Positions 38,990-50,324 of a stretch of DNA of 64,000 nucleotides are shown here, one piece after another (positions within the stretch are counted from its first letter, which is position 1; each line of letters starts with the position of its first letter). The DNA comes from an uncultured Verrucomicrobiota bacterium (GTDB taxonomy: Bacteria; Verrucomicrobiota; Verrucomicrobiia; Verrucomicrobiales; Verrucomicrobiaceae): positions 4,338 through 68,337 of the forward strand of contig CAJCCF010000198.1 in NCBI GenBank assembly GCA_903960845.1. The letters are read 5' to 3'. The notes beneath the pieces are model-generated. The model saw only the letters and a program-made list of their open reading frames with translations. It was not told the DNA's origin and searched no databases. Position numbers and translations under genes: made by a program.

Positions 38990-40177
38990 CTATGCCTTGC
39001 CAACGGCCGCCACAATCTTTTGGGCCGCATCGGTCAGGTCTTCCGCGTTGGTGATGGCGAGTCCGCTTGCTGAGAGGGTAGCCTTGCCGGCTTCAACGTT
39101 GTTACCCTCCAGACGAACGACGAGAGGGATGTTCAGGGAGACCTCCTGGGCGGCAGCAATGATGCCATTGGCAATAATGTCGCAGTCCATGATTCCTCCG
39201 AAGATGTTCACCAGAATGCCCTTCACATTGGGGTCACCGAGGATGATTTTAAAGGCTGCCGTGACCTGCTCTTTAGTCGCACCACCCCCGACATCGAGGA
39301 AGTTGGCAGGCTCGCCGCCATGCAATTTGATGATGTCCATGGTGCTCATGGCCAGTCCGGCGCCATTGACCAGGCATGCGATATTGCCATCGAGGCCGAT
39401 GTAGTTGAGTCCGAATTCGCTGGCAGCGACTTCACGTGGATCTTCTTCCGTTTTGTCGCGCATGGCGACGATCTCCTTCTGCCGATAGAGCGCGTTGTCG
39501 TCGAAGTTGAATTTGGCATCCAGCGCGACGACCTGATTGTCTGTCGTGATTGCCAGAGGGTTGACCTCAACAAGGCAGCAGTCGCTCTTGAGGTAAAGAT
39601 TCCACAGGGCGGTGAACAGCTTCACGGCCTGATTGGCCAGTGCTCCCTGAAGACCGAGTGAGGCGGCGACCTTGCGAGCCTGATAGGGTTGAAGGCCGAG
39701 CGCCGGGTTGACGAACTCCTTGAAGATCTTCTCTGGAGTATTTGCCGCCACTTCTTCGATGTTCATGCCGCCTTCAGTGCTGGCGATCAGAGCATGACTG
39801 CTGCTGCCGCGATCAAACAGAATGGCAAAATAAAATTCCTTCTGGATATCCACGGATTTCACAACAAGCACCTTGCTCACTAACTTGCCCTCAGGGCCTG
39901 TTTGATGAGTCACAAGCGTTTGACCAAGCATTTTACCGGCGATTTCCTGAGCTTCTGCAGCCGTGTTAATCACATGAACGCCGCCTTTGAATCCATTCTT
40001 GAAAGTGCCTTTGCCTCGGCCGCCGGCGTGAACCTGGGCTTTGACCACCAAGCCGGCTCCGCCAAGTTCTGCGGCGATCTTGCCAGCTTCCTCAGCTGTC
40101 TCTGCGACTTTGCCGGGAGGTGTGGCGACACCGTATTTTGTGAAGAGTTCTTTGGCCTGATATTCGTGGATGTTCAT
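38990..40177 (-). CDS. sucC: Succinate-CoA ligase (ADP-forming) beta subunit
   Basis: [52 protein letters not shown]. Confidence 0.98.
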   Translation of the reverse strand: MNIHEYQAKELFTKYGVATPPGKVAETAEEAGKIAAELGGAGLVVKAQVHAGGRGKGTFKNGFKGGVHVINTAAEAQEIAGKMLGQTLVTHQTGPEGKLVSKVLVVKSVDIQKEFYFAILFDRGSSSHALIASTEGGMNIEEVAANTPEKIFKEFVNPALGLQPYQARKVAASLGLQGALANQAVKLFTALWNLYLKSDCCLVEVNPLAITTDNQVVALDAKFNFDDNALYRQKEIVAMRDKTEEDPREVAASEFGLNYIGLDGNIACLVNGAGLAMSTMDIIKLHGGEPANFLDVGGGATKEQVTAAFKIILGDPNVKGILVNIFGGIMDCDIIANGIIAAAQEVSLNIPLVVRLEGNNVEAGKATLSASGLAITNAEDLTDAAQKIVAAVGKA

Positions 40178-40319
40178 GGGGGAAAGTGGGGCGGCGAGAC
40201 AGTAGGAGTCCGCGCCGAAGCGTCAAGGAGGCAATCGGAGGATGTTGCAAAACATCAAACGCTTTCACCGGATTTTGTTCCAGTGAAAGCGTTGTAATGT
40301 CACTCGAGTGAGCGTGGCC

Positions 40320-43300
40320 TCAATCGCGATTAGCTTCGATGATGACCTGGCCTGAAAGAATCGGTGACGTGGTGAGCGTGGTTGGAGGCGGGCCGGCACT
40401 CGGCAGTTGGTTCAGCAGGAAGTAGCCGACTCCCTGACCCAGTCTCCGAAGCAGAACGCCATTGAAGTTGGCTGTGCGAATGATGCTTGTGCTCGTGCCG
40501 GATTTTTTTGTGGTCGAGGTTGGCCGGGGATTGTCTCCGGAACCGCTCAATGTGAAGTTCCCGGAGAATTTGCTCGTGGAGGCATTGAAGGTTGTCATTT
40601 TCACCTGATTCGGATTGACGGAGGGGAATGATACCACGTTCGAGGTGCTGATATTGAAGATCTGGCCAAAACCAAAGCCGATTCCGCCTTCGGTGAAACT
40701 CAGCAGCGCATTGCCTGGAGGCGGGCCAAAGCCCAAAACTACCTGGTTCGATGGAGGAGGCATATTTTCTTCACCCAGTGTTGTTTGCACATGCAGAGGG
40801 ATACCTTGCGCATAGCTGCGGCTGGCAGGAAGAGCTTCAGGGATCTTGTACCAGTCAAGAACACCGTCGATAAGAATCTCGCTCATCATAGTCGGAGTTT
40901 GGGGCATGTTCTGGTTGTAATCGTAATAGTCGGACATCAACTCCTGCCAGCCTTGTGCCGAACCGGTGTTGCCATAGAGCATGAAGTGCAATGGAACATA
41001 GTTGATGTAGGAATTGTAGTAACTGCCTCCAAGCATGGTGCTGCAGGTGGTTGGTGCCCCATCCGCCATGAAACCCACCCAAGTCACTGTGCCCCGGGTG
41101 GTGACGGTCATGGTGCCAAAGCTGTTACCTTGTGGATAGGCTTGAACACCAGCGAGCATCTCTGGCAATTCAGCCGCCACATTGTACGTGCCAGCCAGAT
41201 GTGTCGCTGGTGGATTGTAGCAATAGTTGTACTCCTGCCCACCGGAGGTCGGAATGACATCGGATCCCCACGGATTACGCCGTGCGAGAACATTCACAGG
41301 AACGGGACTGTTATAAAACCCCTTTCTCACCGAGTGAGCGCCCTGTTCCGTAATGCAATGAAACCCGTAGCGTGAGATTGCGACGCCTACCGGACGATCA
41401 AACAATACCTCAGAACCAGTCCCATTTGCCCAACCTGATTCATTGGCTCGTCCTGCCACGTTACAAACAACGCCGAGGCAACTGATGCGGCGTAAAAGGT
41501 GGCTTCCTGTGTCTGTGATAAAAATGTTTTCACTGGAATCAAAAGCTATGCCATGAGGACTGTTGAAGCGTGCGTTAGCAAGTAGACCTTCAGAGTGACC
41601 AACCACCCCAGGGGCACCGGCAAAGGTTGTGACGACTCCACTTGTGCTGATGGTTCGGATGACGTGATTTCCACTGTCAGTGACATAGGCAACGCCCTTC
41701 TTGTCGAAGGCTATTCCGTAGGGGGAATTGAAGCGAGCAGCAGAACCGCTGCCATTACTGCTTCCTGAGAGGCCGCTCTTACCTGCGAAAGTAGTGACCA
41801 AGCGCGCCGGTGTGATTTTACGGATGGTATGGTCGGTGAAGTCAGTGACATAAACGTTTCCATTTTTATCCACAGCGACTCCGACCGGGCAAACGAAGCG
41901 AGCCGCAATTCCGGTGCCATTGACACTGCCCTTAAGGCCTGCACTGCCTGCAACGGTTGTGACTACACCATAAGGAGTGATTTTGCGGATGGTGCTGTTG
42001 CAGGTGTCCGCTACATAAAGATTGTCATTGGCGTCTATAGCCAACCCCTCGGGGGCGTGAAAAAGGGCTTCAAAACCGGAGCCATCCGTGCTTCCGCAGA
42101 GGCCTGCCGTTCCCGCAAATGTTGTCACCACTCCGTAAGGTGTCACTTTCCGGATCACATTATTGTATGAGTCAGCTACGAACATGTTGCCATTGCTGTC
42201 GAACACCATGCCACGCGGGCCATCAAAAAGTGCGGCCGTGCCATTTCCATCCTCGCTTCCGGGAATGTCTGGCTGGCCAACAAAGGGACTGACGGTGCGA
42301 GGGTTGCACCAAGGGTCGGTAATCGTCCCTCTCAGGGTACCCTGATAATAATCAATGGTGAATTGGAGGGTTACGGGGCAGAGAGGTGCCTTGCGTGAGA
42401 CGCTAACTTGAGCAGTCGCTCCACCCATGGATGTCAATGCAGTTTTGGAAGGTGGCGGCCCTTGGTTGTAACCACCAGTGACGTTCAGCGTGCCGGTGAA
42501 AGGAAGCTTTTCAAGGCTACCCAGAGTCAATGCTCCGCTGAATGCCCCCGTTGTTTCCACTTTCACTGTGATCGTTCCACCGAACCCACCGTTGAGCGAA
42601 CCACGGCGATCCACAAGACCATTGAAGTCCCCAGAAGTTCCACAAGGTAGTGGGCTGATGTAAAGTTGTGCGTTGGCTGAATAGGTGCCTTTGATGTTTG
42701 TTGCTTTGAGGACAACATTAAAGAGGCCGGACCTGGTCGGGATGCCGGAAATGACGCCTGTCATTGTGTTTACCGATAAGCCTGCCGGGAGTCCGGTCGC
42801 GCCATACGAGTCGGGTGCGCGGGCTGGATCAAGATCGATCGGGATGCTGAAGGTGTAAGGCACTCCCACCATGCCGCTTGGCATGTAAACCGGCCCGATG
42901 ATGAGGGGGTGTCCATCGATAACACGAAGATGATGAGTGCCTCCCACAAGAGTTCCGCCCGGTCCTGTCACTTCACAGGCGTAAGTGCCTGCGTCATCTG
43001 TTGTCAGATTCACAATGGTCAGAGTCTTGCCATTGGCTGAGACAGTGGCCCGGCTGTGAAGTGTGAAAGGCTGACCATTTCTCAGCCATTGATGGCTCAA
43101 ACCATTTCCTGCTGAGACCACGGTCATGACAGCGCTGCCTCCAGTGGGCCGTATCAGGGTTTTCTCAGAAGTGTCAACGACTCCCAATTCAGCCGGATCT
43201 GTCGTTTGAGAGCCGCCACCATTGGTTGCGGTCATCGTGTAGACCCCGACATTTGTCAACGTGGCGATGAAACTGAGTGTGGCAGTTGTGGTTTTGGGAA

Positions 43301-46300
43301 CAAAGGCCGTATTATTGCGCTTCCACAGCAGTGCTGGAGAGGGTTGCCCAACGGCAGACGCGGTAAAAGTGGCGGTGCTGTTAAGCGGCACAAGAAGTGA
43401 TTTTGGGTCTGATACAATTTCAGCAATTGTTGCGGCATATCCATTCCCTCGCAGTTGAATGATGAATGGATTCACGTCTGGATCGCTGCTCGCAATTTTA
43501 AGTGTTGCTGAGCGGCTGCCCAGAGCCAGAGGCCCGAAAGAAACAATGAACGAGGCTAGGCCCGTGGGCTCCAAGGAGGTTGGTGGAGTTTCCTCAACCT
43601 TGAACTCGGCACGATTCGTTCCGTCAATCGTCGCTTTGATAGCGGTCAGGTTTTGTGCGCCCATGTTACGAATGTACACCGTCCGCTCCACTCGGCCCCC
43701 GACCACCACTGAGCCGAAATCGATGATCGACTGCTCATGAACCAGTGCCGAGTCCAATGGATGCTCGACCACCATGTCGGCACTGCTGGATGTCCAAAGT
43801 CGGAAAACGTACACACCACCCTGATTCATCGCTGCTTCGCCTAACGTGTCGACCCCATCATCGCAGTTTGCGCCGACGAGAACCGTGTTTCCCGAGATAG
43901 CAACCGATGAGCCAAAAAGGTCTCCCGCCGCTCCGTCGTTTGCCAAAAGCTTGGCCTCTTGAGTCCAAGTGCTGCCCTTCCTCATGAAAACATAGGTGCT
44001 GCCTGCGTTGTTGGCACCGGGTTGATCATCCTGGGGTGCTGCTATGATGGCGGTGCTGCCCGCCAAGGCCACATAGATGCCGAATTGGTCACCAGCGGCT
44101 CCGTCCGAAGCCGTTAATTGCGCCTGCTGAGTCCAAGTGGATCCAGCGCGGGTGAAGACGAAGGCAGCACCCGCATCCACACCGGCTGTCGTGTCAGCTG
44201 CTGAGGTGCCTACCAATGCCGTGTCACCGGAAATGGCAACGGAATGGCCAAAGGAGTCATTTGGGCCAAGCGGGTTAGCATTCAATCTGGCCTGTTGGCT
44301 CCAAACATTGCTACTGAACACAAAAACATATGCGCTACCGGCATTCTGCGTCATGTCAATATCGTCCCCCATGGCACCTATTAGCGCTGAATTTCCGGAG
44401 AGAGCCACTGATTGACCAAAATTGTCGAAAGCAGAAGCATCTCCGGCCGTCAGGTTTTTTTGGAACACCCAAAAACCGTCCCACCCATAAAATACATAGG
44501 CACTGCCAGCGTCTTCCCCTGCGGATGTATCATTGCCAGCCGCTCCGATCAAAAGTCTGGTGCCCTCAATGGCAACTGACCGTCCAAATGCGTCATAACT
44601 TGCCCCGTCCGGAGCCGTGAGTTTTGCCAACTGTGACCAATGTCCGCCCATGCGGCCAAAAATGTACACACTACCAGCATTTTCTCCGGCGGTAGTGTCA
44701 TCACCAATTGCCCCGGTTGCGAGTCTGTCGCCGCTGCCCAGCAATGCCACTGAACTGCCCAAATTGTCAAAAGCAGAACCGTCTGGCGATGTTATTCGCG
44801 CTTCCATCGACCAGACAGTCCCGGCGCGAGTGAAGATATAGACTGCCCCAGTATCCGAACCCGCGGGACTGTCGTCACCTTGGGCTCCGATAGCGGCCGT
44901 ATCTCCTTGAATGGCCACTGGACGACCGAAGAAATCATTGACGGCGGCATCTCCTGGTGAAAGTCGAGCTTGCTGACACCAACTGGCCGGGTTGTTTGGA
45001 TCGCCAGGCTCACAGCAGTCGAGATCGCTGCGGACAAAAACAAAAGCTGTGCCTGCGTTGGATCCGGCACGGGTGTCATCGCCTGGAGCGCCAAGCAAAA
45101 CCGTGTCAGATGAAACCGCTACGGCGGCACCAAGCGCGTCTGCTCCAGTCGCGTCGCCAACTTTCAAGCGTGCCTGCTGCGTCCAGAAGGATCCAGTCCG
45201 GTCGAAGATGTAGGCACTGTTCCGAGTTGGCGCGCCAAGGACTGTGCGGTTGTTTTCCAGTGCCACCGAGGTTCCAAAAAAATCATCTGCCGCTGCATCC
45301 AGAGCGGTCAGCACTCCCTGCTGGGTCCATGTCGTCCCGCTGCGGGTGAAGACATAGCCGCTGCCGGCATTATTGCCTGCCATGGTGTCGTCATTAGGCG
45401 CGCCGATCACCGTCGTGTCTCCGGATGCGGCCACGGCAGAGCCGAAAGCATCGCCCGTCGCTGCATCAAGAGATGTCAGTTTTTGCTGCTGCGACCACGA
45501 GGTGCCTGACTGCACAAAAACGAAGGCGTAGCCGGTGCCGTCATTGCTTGATGGGCCATCTCCAGGCGCTCCAACCACGGAGGTGGTTCCAGAGACGGAG
45601 ACGGCGGAGCCGAACAGGTCACCGGACTGACCTCCATTGGCCTGCAGGGTGGCTGAATGGCTCCATGCAACACCAGTGCGGGTAAAGACGTAGGCTCGTT
45701 CCGCCGCAGGAGTTCCCACCAAGGCCGTATCTCCTGAGAGAGAGATGGAAGCTGCGGGGAAGAAAGTCTCTTGAATTCCTGAATTGAGGACTGCCTGTTG
45801 CGTCCAGGTGGTGCCGCTGCGGACAAAGACAATGACTCCTGCACTGGCGGTAGTCGTCGCCACCAGTGCTGTATTTCCAGACAGTGCGGTTTGTGAACCA
45901 AAGGCGGAATTCGCTGCCGGGGTAGCCGGACGAAGCTGCGCTTGCAAGCCCCAAAGTGAGCTGGTGCGCAAGAAGACGTAGGCGCTTCCGGCATCCACTC
46001 CTGCCGGTGTGTCATCGCCAGGAGTTCCAATGATGGCTGTATCCGAAGATAGGGCTACAGAGGCACCAAAACGGTCTTCTGCTGCTCCTGTGCCAGTGAC
46101 TTCAGGCCCCAGTTTTTGCTCGAGCGTCGTAATGAGAGGATCAATCGTCAGGGGATAGACCGCACCGGCATCAGCCACCACGATGGCAATACTGTCGGGT
46201 TGCGCGCTGGCAGCCAGGTGTGCGGGCAGCTCCTGTCCTTTGGCATCCCAGACTTTCAGTCCATTGTAGGCAAGAACAGGCACTCCGTCTGCCGTCTTCC

Positions 46301-47042
46301 AGTTGGCCTGCTCCGGTGTGACCAGTGAGCTGACGAGTCCGCTCATGCGAACTTCCACCTGCAGAGGGGCGTCTCCGCCTCCTGCTATCGGCTCTTGAAT
46401 GGTATATCCGTGCTCAAATCCCTGCGTTCTGTTTTCAACCCACTCCATGACTGACCCGCGCTGATACTCGATTCGGTCACCTTTGGTCTGGATTTTTGCC
46501 GATTTGGGCATGGGCAGAGATTTGTCGCCTTTGCTGATTCCTGTCAGCTGTAGATTACCCTGCCAGCTGCCACCGGCGCCAGACTCAATCCGCACGGCAT
46601 CGTCTAAGAATCGTGCCGTGAGCTGCTGTCCTGGGTTTGCTGCAAAGAAGCGGACACCTTGGTTCTGCAGCATGGCCGACTCCTCTTTTGTCAAAGTCTG
46701 AATCTGATGTCGGGCGGCAGAGAACACGCTCCAAAGCTCTTTTTCAGGATTCTTGGGTTTGCTTAATGCAGGGGGCGATGCCGGACCGGTCTTAGCCACT
46801 GTGTTTTTTTGTGGAACCAAGGCTGGTTGCGCCGTCGGTTTGGCCGCTTTTTGTGCGACATCAGCTATCGCTTGTGTCTGTGGTACGGCTGCAGCCTTCT
46901 TGTCCGTGCTTGGGAGATCTTCCACAGTTGACCATTCCCTCACAAGGCCTACCACCAGCAGAAAGCTGGCGATGCTGATGACTGCGGCGCGACACGTGGG
47001 TCTGCTCCATGATTCGCGTACAAAGTGACGAATAGATTTCAT
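40320..47042 (-). CDS. Giant (2240-aa) exported protein with FG-GAP repeats, Ig-like domains and NHL repeats
   Basis: N-terminal TM; about 14 FGxxVAxSGxTxxxGA...GxAYVF repeats; ASH/Ig-like and He_PIG-like (ATGLPAGLS) domains; several F..P.G.A.D...YV.D..N..IRKI NHL repeats. Confidence 0.88.
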   Translation of the reverse strand: MKSIRHFVRESWSRPTCRAAVISIASFLLVVGLVREWSTVEDLPSTDKKAAAVPQTQAIADVAQKAAKPTAQPALVPQKNTVAKTGPASPPALSKPKNPEKELWSVFSAARHQIQTLTKEESAMLQNQGVRFFAANPGQQLTARFLDDAVRIESGAGGSWQGNLQLTGISKGDKSLPMPKSAKIQTKGDRIEYQRGSVMEWVENRTQGFEHGYTIQEPIAGGGDAPLQVEVRMSGLVSSLVTPEQANWKTADGVPVLAYNGLKVWDAKGQELPAHLAASAQPDSIAIVVADAGAVYPLTIDPLITTLEQKLGPEVTGTGAAEDRFGASVALSSDTAIIGTPGDDTPAGVDAGSAYVFLRTSSLWGLQAQLRPATPAANSAFGSQTALSGNTALVATTTASAGVIVFVRSGTTWTQQAVLNSGIQETFFPAASISLSGDTALVGTPAAERAYVFTRTGVAWSHSATLQANGGQSGDLFGSAVSVSGTTSVVGAPGDGPSSNDGTGYAFVFVQSGTSWSQQQKLTSLDAATGDAFGSAVAASGDTTVIGAPNDDTMAGNNAGSGYVFTRSGTTWTQQGVLTALDAAADDFFGTSVALENNRTVLGAPTRNSAYIFDRTGSFWTQQARLKVGDATGADALGAAVAVSSDTVLLGAPGDDTRAGSNAGTAFVFVRSDLDCCEPGDPNNPASWCQQARLSPGDAAVNDFFGRPVAIQGDTAAIGAQGDDSPAGSDTGAVYIFTRAGTVWSMEARITSPDGSAFDNLGSSVALLGSGDRLATGAIGDDTTAGENAGSVYIFGRMGGHWSQLAKLTAPDGASYDAFGRSVAIEGTRLLIGAAGNDTSAGEDAGSAYVFYGWDGFWVFQKNLTAGDASAFDNFGQSVALSGNSALIGAMGDDIDMTQNAGSAYVFVFSSNVWSQQARLNANPLGPNDSFGHSVAISGDTALVGTSAADTTAGVDAGAAFVFTRAGSTWTQQAQLTASDGAAGDQFGIYVALAGSTAIIAAPQDDQPGANNAGSTYVFMRKGSTWTQEAKLLANDGAAGDLFGSSVAISGNTVLVGANCDDGVDTLGEAAMNQGGVYVFRLWTSSSADMVVEHPLDSALVHEQSIIDFGSVVVGGRVERTVYIRNMGAQNLTAIKATIDGTNRAEFKVEETPPTSLEPTGLASFIVSFGPLALGSRSATLKIASSDPDVNPFIIQLRGNGYAATIAEIVSDPKSLLVPLNSTATFTASAVGQPSPALLWKRNNTAFVPKTTTATLSFIATLTNVGVYTMTATNGGGSQTTDPAELGVVDTSEKTLIRPTGGSAVMTVVSAGNGLSHQWLRNGQPFTLHSRATVSANGKTLTIVNLTTDDAGTYACEVTGPGGTLVGGTHHLRVIDGHPLIIGPVYMPSGMVGVPYTFSIPIDLDPARAPDSYGATGLPAGLSVNTMTGVISGIPTRSGLFNVVLKATNIKGTYSANAQLYISPLPCGTSGDFNGLVDRRGSLNGGFGGTITVKVETTGAFSGALTLGSLEKLPFTGTLNVTGGYNQGPPPSKTALTSMGGATAQVSVSRKAPLCPVTLQFTIDYYQGTLRGTITDPWCNPRTVSPFVGQPDIPGSEDGNGTAALFDGPRGMVFDSNGNMFVADSYNNVIRKVTPYGVVTTFAGTAGLCGSTDGSGFEALFHAPEGLAIDANDNLYVADTCNSTIRKITPYGVVTTVAGSAGLKGSVNGTGIAARFVCPVGVAVDKNGNVYVTDFTDHTIRKITPARLVTTFAGKSGLSGSSNGSGSAARFNSPYGIAFDKKGVAYVTDSGNHVIRTISTSGVVTTFAGAPGVVGHSEGLLANARFNSPHGIAFDSSENIFITDTGSHLLRRISCLGVVCNVAGRANESGWANGTGSEVLFDRPVGVAISRYGFHCITEQGAHSVRKGFYNSPVPVNVLARRNPWGSDVIPTSGGQEYNYCYNPPATHLAGTYNVAAELPEMLAGVQAYPQGNSFGTMTVTTRGTVTWVGFMADGAPTTCSTMLGGSYYNSYINYVPLHFMLYGNTGSAQGWQELMSDYYDYNQNMPQTPTMMSEILIDGVLDWYKIPEALPASRSYAQGIPLHVQTTLGEENMPPPSNQVVLGFGPPPGNALLSFTEGGIGFGFGQIFNISTSNVVSFPSVNPNQVKMTTFNASTSKFSGNFTLSGSGDNPRPTSTTKKSGTSTSIIRTANFNGVLLRRLGQGVGYFLLNQLPSAGPPPTTLTTSPILSGQVIIEANRD

Positions 47043-47208
47043 ACAGTTGCTTAGAAGGTGTTTATCTAAATAGTAATTTAGATGATGTAAATGATGTATA
47101 ACACAATTATTGCAGTCAATCGTAAAGATATATTACATAGCGCCATATTAGCGCTCAACTTATCCGCATTTGCCACGCACAGGGTTCTCCCCATGGTGGC
47201 GGCCTCGC

Positions 47209-48162
47209 ATGAAAATTGTCCTGCTCGATGCCCACACCGCCAATCCGGGAGATGTCTCCTGGGCACCTCTGGAATCCATTGCTCAATGCTCCATTTTTCC
47301 GCGCACGCCACTGGCTGAAACCGTGGCCCGCTGCGCAGGTGCGGAGATCGTGATCACGAATAAATCAGTGCTCAATCGAGATGTCATCGAATCGCTGCCT
47401 TCTCTCAAATACATCGGTGTTACAGCCACGGGCTACAATGTCGTCGATGTGGCAGTTGCCAAAGATCGGGGGATCGTGGTGACGAATGTTCCCGGCTACA
47501 GCTCGCCTGCCGTGGCCCAGCTTGTTTTCGCACTGGTGCTCGAACTGACAAACCACGTCGGACACCACACTCAGACGGTGCGCGATGGGCGTTGGGTTTC
47601 CTGCCCGGATTTTTGTTACTGGGATCACCCGATTATCGAACTCAGCGGCCGAACATTCGGCATCATCGGTTATGGTGGCATTGGTGGTTCCGTGGCACGC
47701 ATCGCCCTGGCGTTTGGCATGAAAGTGCTGGCTAGCAGGCGTGAATGGAAGACACCGCCACCCGACGGCGTCACGCCAGTCAGTAGCGATGAAGTTTTCG
47801 AAAACAGCGATGTCATCTCCCTGCATTGTCCTTTGACCGAAGCCACGAAGCATCTTGTGGGTAAGCGCACGCTCGGTCTCATGAAACCAGAGGCTTTTCT
47901 GATCAATACCGGCCGCGGCCCCCTTGTCGATGAGGCTGCGCTCGCTGATGCATTGAATGCAGGTCGCATCGCCGGTGCGGGCCTGGATGTTCTCTCCGTT
48001 GAGCCGCCTGCAGCCGGGAATCCACTGCTTAGCGCAAAGAATTGTCTCATCACCCCACACATCGGTTGGGCCAGCCGGGAGGCCCGTATCCGCCTGATTG
48101 ACCAAACCGCAGCCAATCTCCGAGCCTTCCTCGCCGGCAATCCGGTGAACGTCGTGGGGTAG
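47209..48162 (+). CDS. D-2-hydroxyacid dehydrogenase (glycerate dehydrogenase-like)
   Basis: ATGYNVVD, GIIGYGGIG, SLHCPLT, INTGRG, DVLSVEPP, TPHIGW. Confidence 0.92.
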   Translation: MKIVLLDAHTANPGDVSWAPLESIAQCSIFPRTPLAETVARCAGAEIVITNKSVLNRDVIESLPSLKYIGVTATGYNVVDVAVAKDRGIVVTNVPGYSSPAVAQLVFALVLELTNHVGHHTQTVRDGRWVSCPDFCYWDHPIIELSGRTFGIIGYGGIGGSVARIALAFGMKVLASRREWKTPPPDGVTPVSSDEVFENSDVISLHCPLTEATKHLVGKRTLGLMKPEAFLINTGRGPLVDEAALADALNAGRIAGAGLDVLSVEPPAAGNPLLSAKNCLITPHIGWASREARIRLIDQTAANLRAFLAGNPVNVVG

Positions 48163-48247
48163 GGGCGGGAGATTGAATCATTGACCGGCGGTTGGCTTCA
48201 AGCCTTCCGCCCGCGTCAAGGATTACAAAACTTAACGCGGTACACTC

Positions 48248-49081
48248 TCAGCCAAGAGCCGCCGTGGCTTCTTTCCCATCGATCACTTTCTGCGATGGTT
48301 CTTTGATTTCGTAGATGATGCCGATGAGTTTGAGGAAACGCAGGACGTAGTAGGTCGGATCGATCTCCCACCAGAAGAAACCCTGGCGCGCGCAATGCGG
48401 GTAGTAGTGATGATTGTTATGCCAGCCTTCACCCAGCGTCAGGATGGCGAGAATGAAGCTGTTCTTGCTCGATTCGCCCGTTTCGTATCGGCGATTGCCC
48501 AGCAGGTGGCAGAAGGAATTGATGGCAAAGGTCGTGTGGTACAAGATGACGGTGCTCAGGCAGAACCCCCAGAGGAAGCCCGGCCAGCCAGCGATCAGGT
48601 AGCAGGCTATCCCCGTGACAGCTGGCGGGATGGAGTGATATTTGTCCAGGAAAACCAGTTCGGGAAATTTGGTCAGATCCTTCACTCGCTTGGGATCATA
48701 GTCGCAGTAGTCGGGAGAGAGAACCCAGCCCAAATGCGCCCAGTAAAAGCCCTGCTGCTTCACTGAGTGGATATCGTCCTCCTGATCGGAGTGCTGGTGA
48801 TGATGGCGATGATGAGCTGCCCACCATAGGGCACCCTTTTGTCCCGCCATGCCGCCGAGAAAGGCCAGCACGAATTGAAACCAGCGTGAGGTCTTGAACG
48901 AGCGATGCGAGAAGTAGCGATGGTAGCCGCCGGTAATGCCGAATTTTCGAATCAGAAACAATCCCACGAGGAGCAGGATGCAGGTCAGATCGGGTTTGAC
49001 AAAGAAAGCTGAAATAGCGGCCGCGTGAATGGCGAAAAACAGGGCGGAACTCAGGGATGGTTTAAAGGCAGAATGGGTCAC
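48248..49081 (-). CDS. Acyl-CoA (delta-9-type) fatty acid desaturase
   Basis: His boxes HRYFSH, HRHHH, GEGWHNNHH. Start placed at GTG 49081 (uncertain). Confidence 0.92.
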   Translation of the reverse strand: MTHSAFKPSLSSALFFAIHAAAISAFFVKPDLTCILLLVGLFLIRKFGITGGYHRYFSHRSFKTSRWFQFVLAFLGGMAGQKGALWWAAHHRHHHQHSDQEDDIHSVKQQGFYWAHLGWVLSPDYCDYDPKRVKDLTKFPELVFLDKYHSIPPAVTGIACYLIAGWPGFLWGFCLSTVILYHTTFAINSFCHLLGNRRYETGESSKNSFILAILTLGEGWHNNHHYYPHCARQGFFWWEIDPTYYVLRFLKLIGIIYEIKEPSQKVIDGKEATAALG

Positions 49082-49216
49082 GGTTGGGAAAAGCAGGCTC
49101 CTACTTGCCAGTGATACGTTTAAAATCAATCTTTTGCTTCAACCCGATCTTGACTCCTGCCGTGACATTATCGGCACACACGGAAGGACTGTTCAGTTGA
49201 TGTTGCCGGTGCTGAT

Positions 49217-50215
49217 TCACCGCCGAGAAGCTCCGATACCGGGCTGATCAGGCATTTCGACGCAGCCACTCGCATCGAACAACACGCCTGAGTAGTCGTC
49301 ATCCGCCAGATAGAGATGGCCATCCAGATCCACCCAGTCAGCCCATGGTGCCAGATGCGCTCCGGCGGTGACGCCGATGCTGCTTTCGATCATGCAGCCC
49401 AGCAGCACACGCAGCCCGTGGTGCCGGGCTTCTTCGATCATTGTGATTGCTCCGGCGAAGGAGCCGCATTTCAGCAGCTTCACGTTCACGCCTTCCACCA
49501 GATCTTTGAGCATGGCCACATCCTCATGCGTCTGCGCACTTTCATCGGCAAACAACGGTGTCACGCTTGGCGGCAGGGCCTTGCGCAACTCACGCCAGGC
49601 TTCAAGGCCGCCTGCGTGATGGATTGGTTGCTCGATCAGTTCCAAGGAATGCCTTCCCAGTCGAGGAATCATCAGCGCTGCCTCTTTCACCGACCAGCCG
49701 CCGTTCACATCCGCCAAAAGCTTCGCCGTTGGGGCAGCGCGACGGGCCTCAGCCACGATCTGCTCATCAAACGCCAAATCACCGCAGCCGAGCTTCAATT
49801 TGAGCACCCCGAACTGCTTGGCAGTTTCAGCGACCAGTCTTGCAAATGAGGTGAGATCTGTCGGGATGCTAAACGAACGGCACTCCGGGATTCGTCCCTC
49901 CCGACGCGGCAAAGTCGCTGGAATCAGAGAAGACAAAGGAACACCCGCACTACGGCATTTCAGATCCAGTTGCAGCAGATCCAAGGCCAGTCTCCCAGCT
50001 CTCGGTGCCTCTGCCGGCGCTGGGTTCATTATCTCTTTCACTCCACGCAGCCAGGCCACTGTTGCCTCCGCATCCTCGCCATAATAGGGCACAAACGGGG
50101 CTTCTCCCACCGCTCCAGCTTCATGAATACGCACCACCTGCCTTGTCGATGATGCTCCATGAGCAATCCGAAATGGCGTGGTCAGGTGCAGCGTCTTAAG
50201 TTCAACTTCAGGCAT
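49217..50215 (-). CDS. Dipeptide (L-Ala-D/L-Glu) epimerase, enolase superfamily
   Basis: PFRIAHG, KLKLG, DVNGGW, EQP, ADES, NVKLLKCG, GCMIES, DLDG. Confidence 0.88.
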   Translation of the reverse strand: MPEVELKTLHLTTPFRIAHGASSTRQVVRIHEAGAVGEAPFVPYYGEDAEATVAWLRGVKEIMNPAPAEAPRAGRLALDLLQLDLKCRSAGVPLSSLIPATLPRREGRIPECRSFSIPTDLTSFARLVAETAKQFGVLKLKLGCGDLAFDEQIVAEARRAAPTAKLLADVNGGWSVKEAALMIPRLGRHSLELIEQPIHHAGGLEAWRELRKALPPSVTPLFADESAQTHEDVAMLKDLVEGVNVKLLKCGSFAGAITMIEEARHHGLRVLLGCMIESSIGVTAGAHLAPWADWVDLDGHLYLADDDYSGVLFDASGCVEMPDQPGIGASRR

Positions 50216-50324
50216 GTCAGCAGTCTGAGCCTTTCACGAAGCTCCGATACAGGCGACTGAAAAATCCTGCATAATCCTGAAATTCTGCCAAACCTGTCTA
50301 AACTGCCCGCCCCACTTCCGACCC

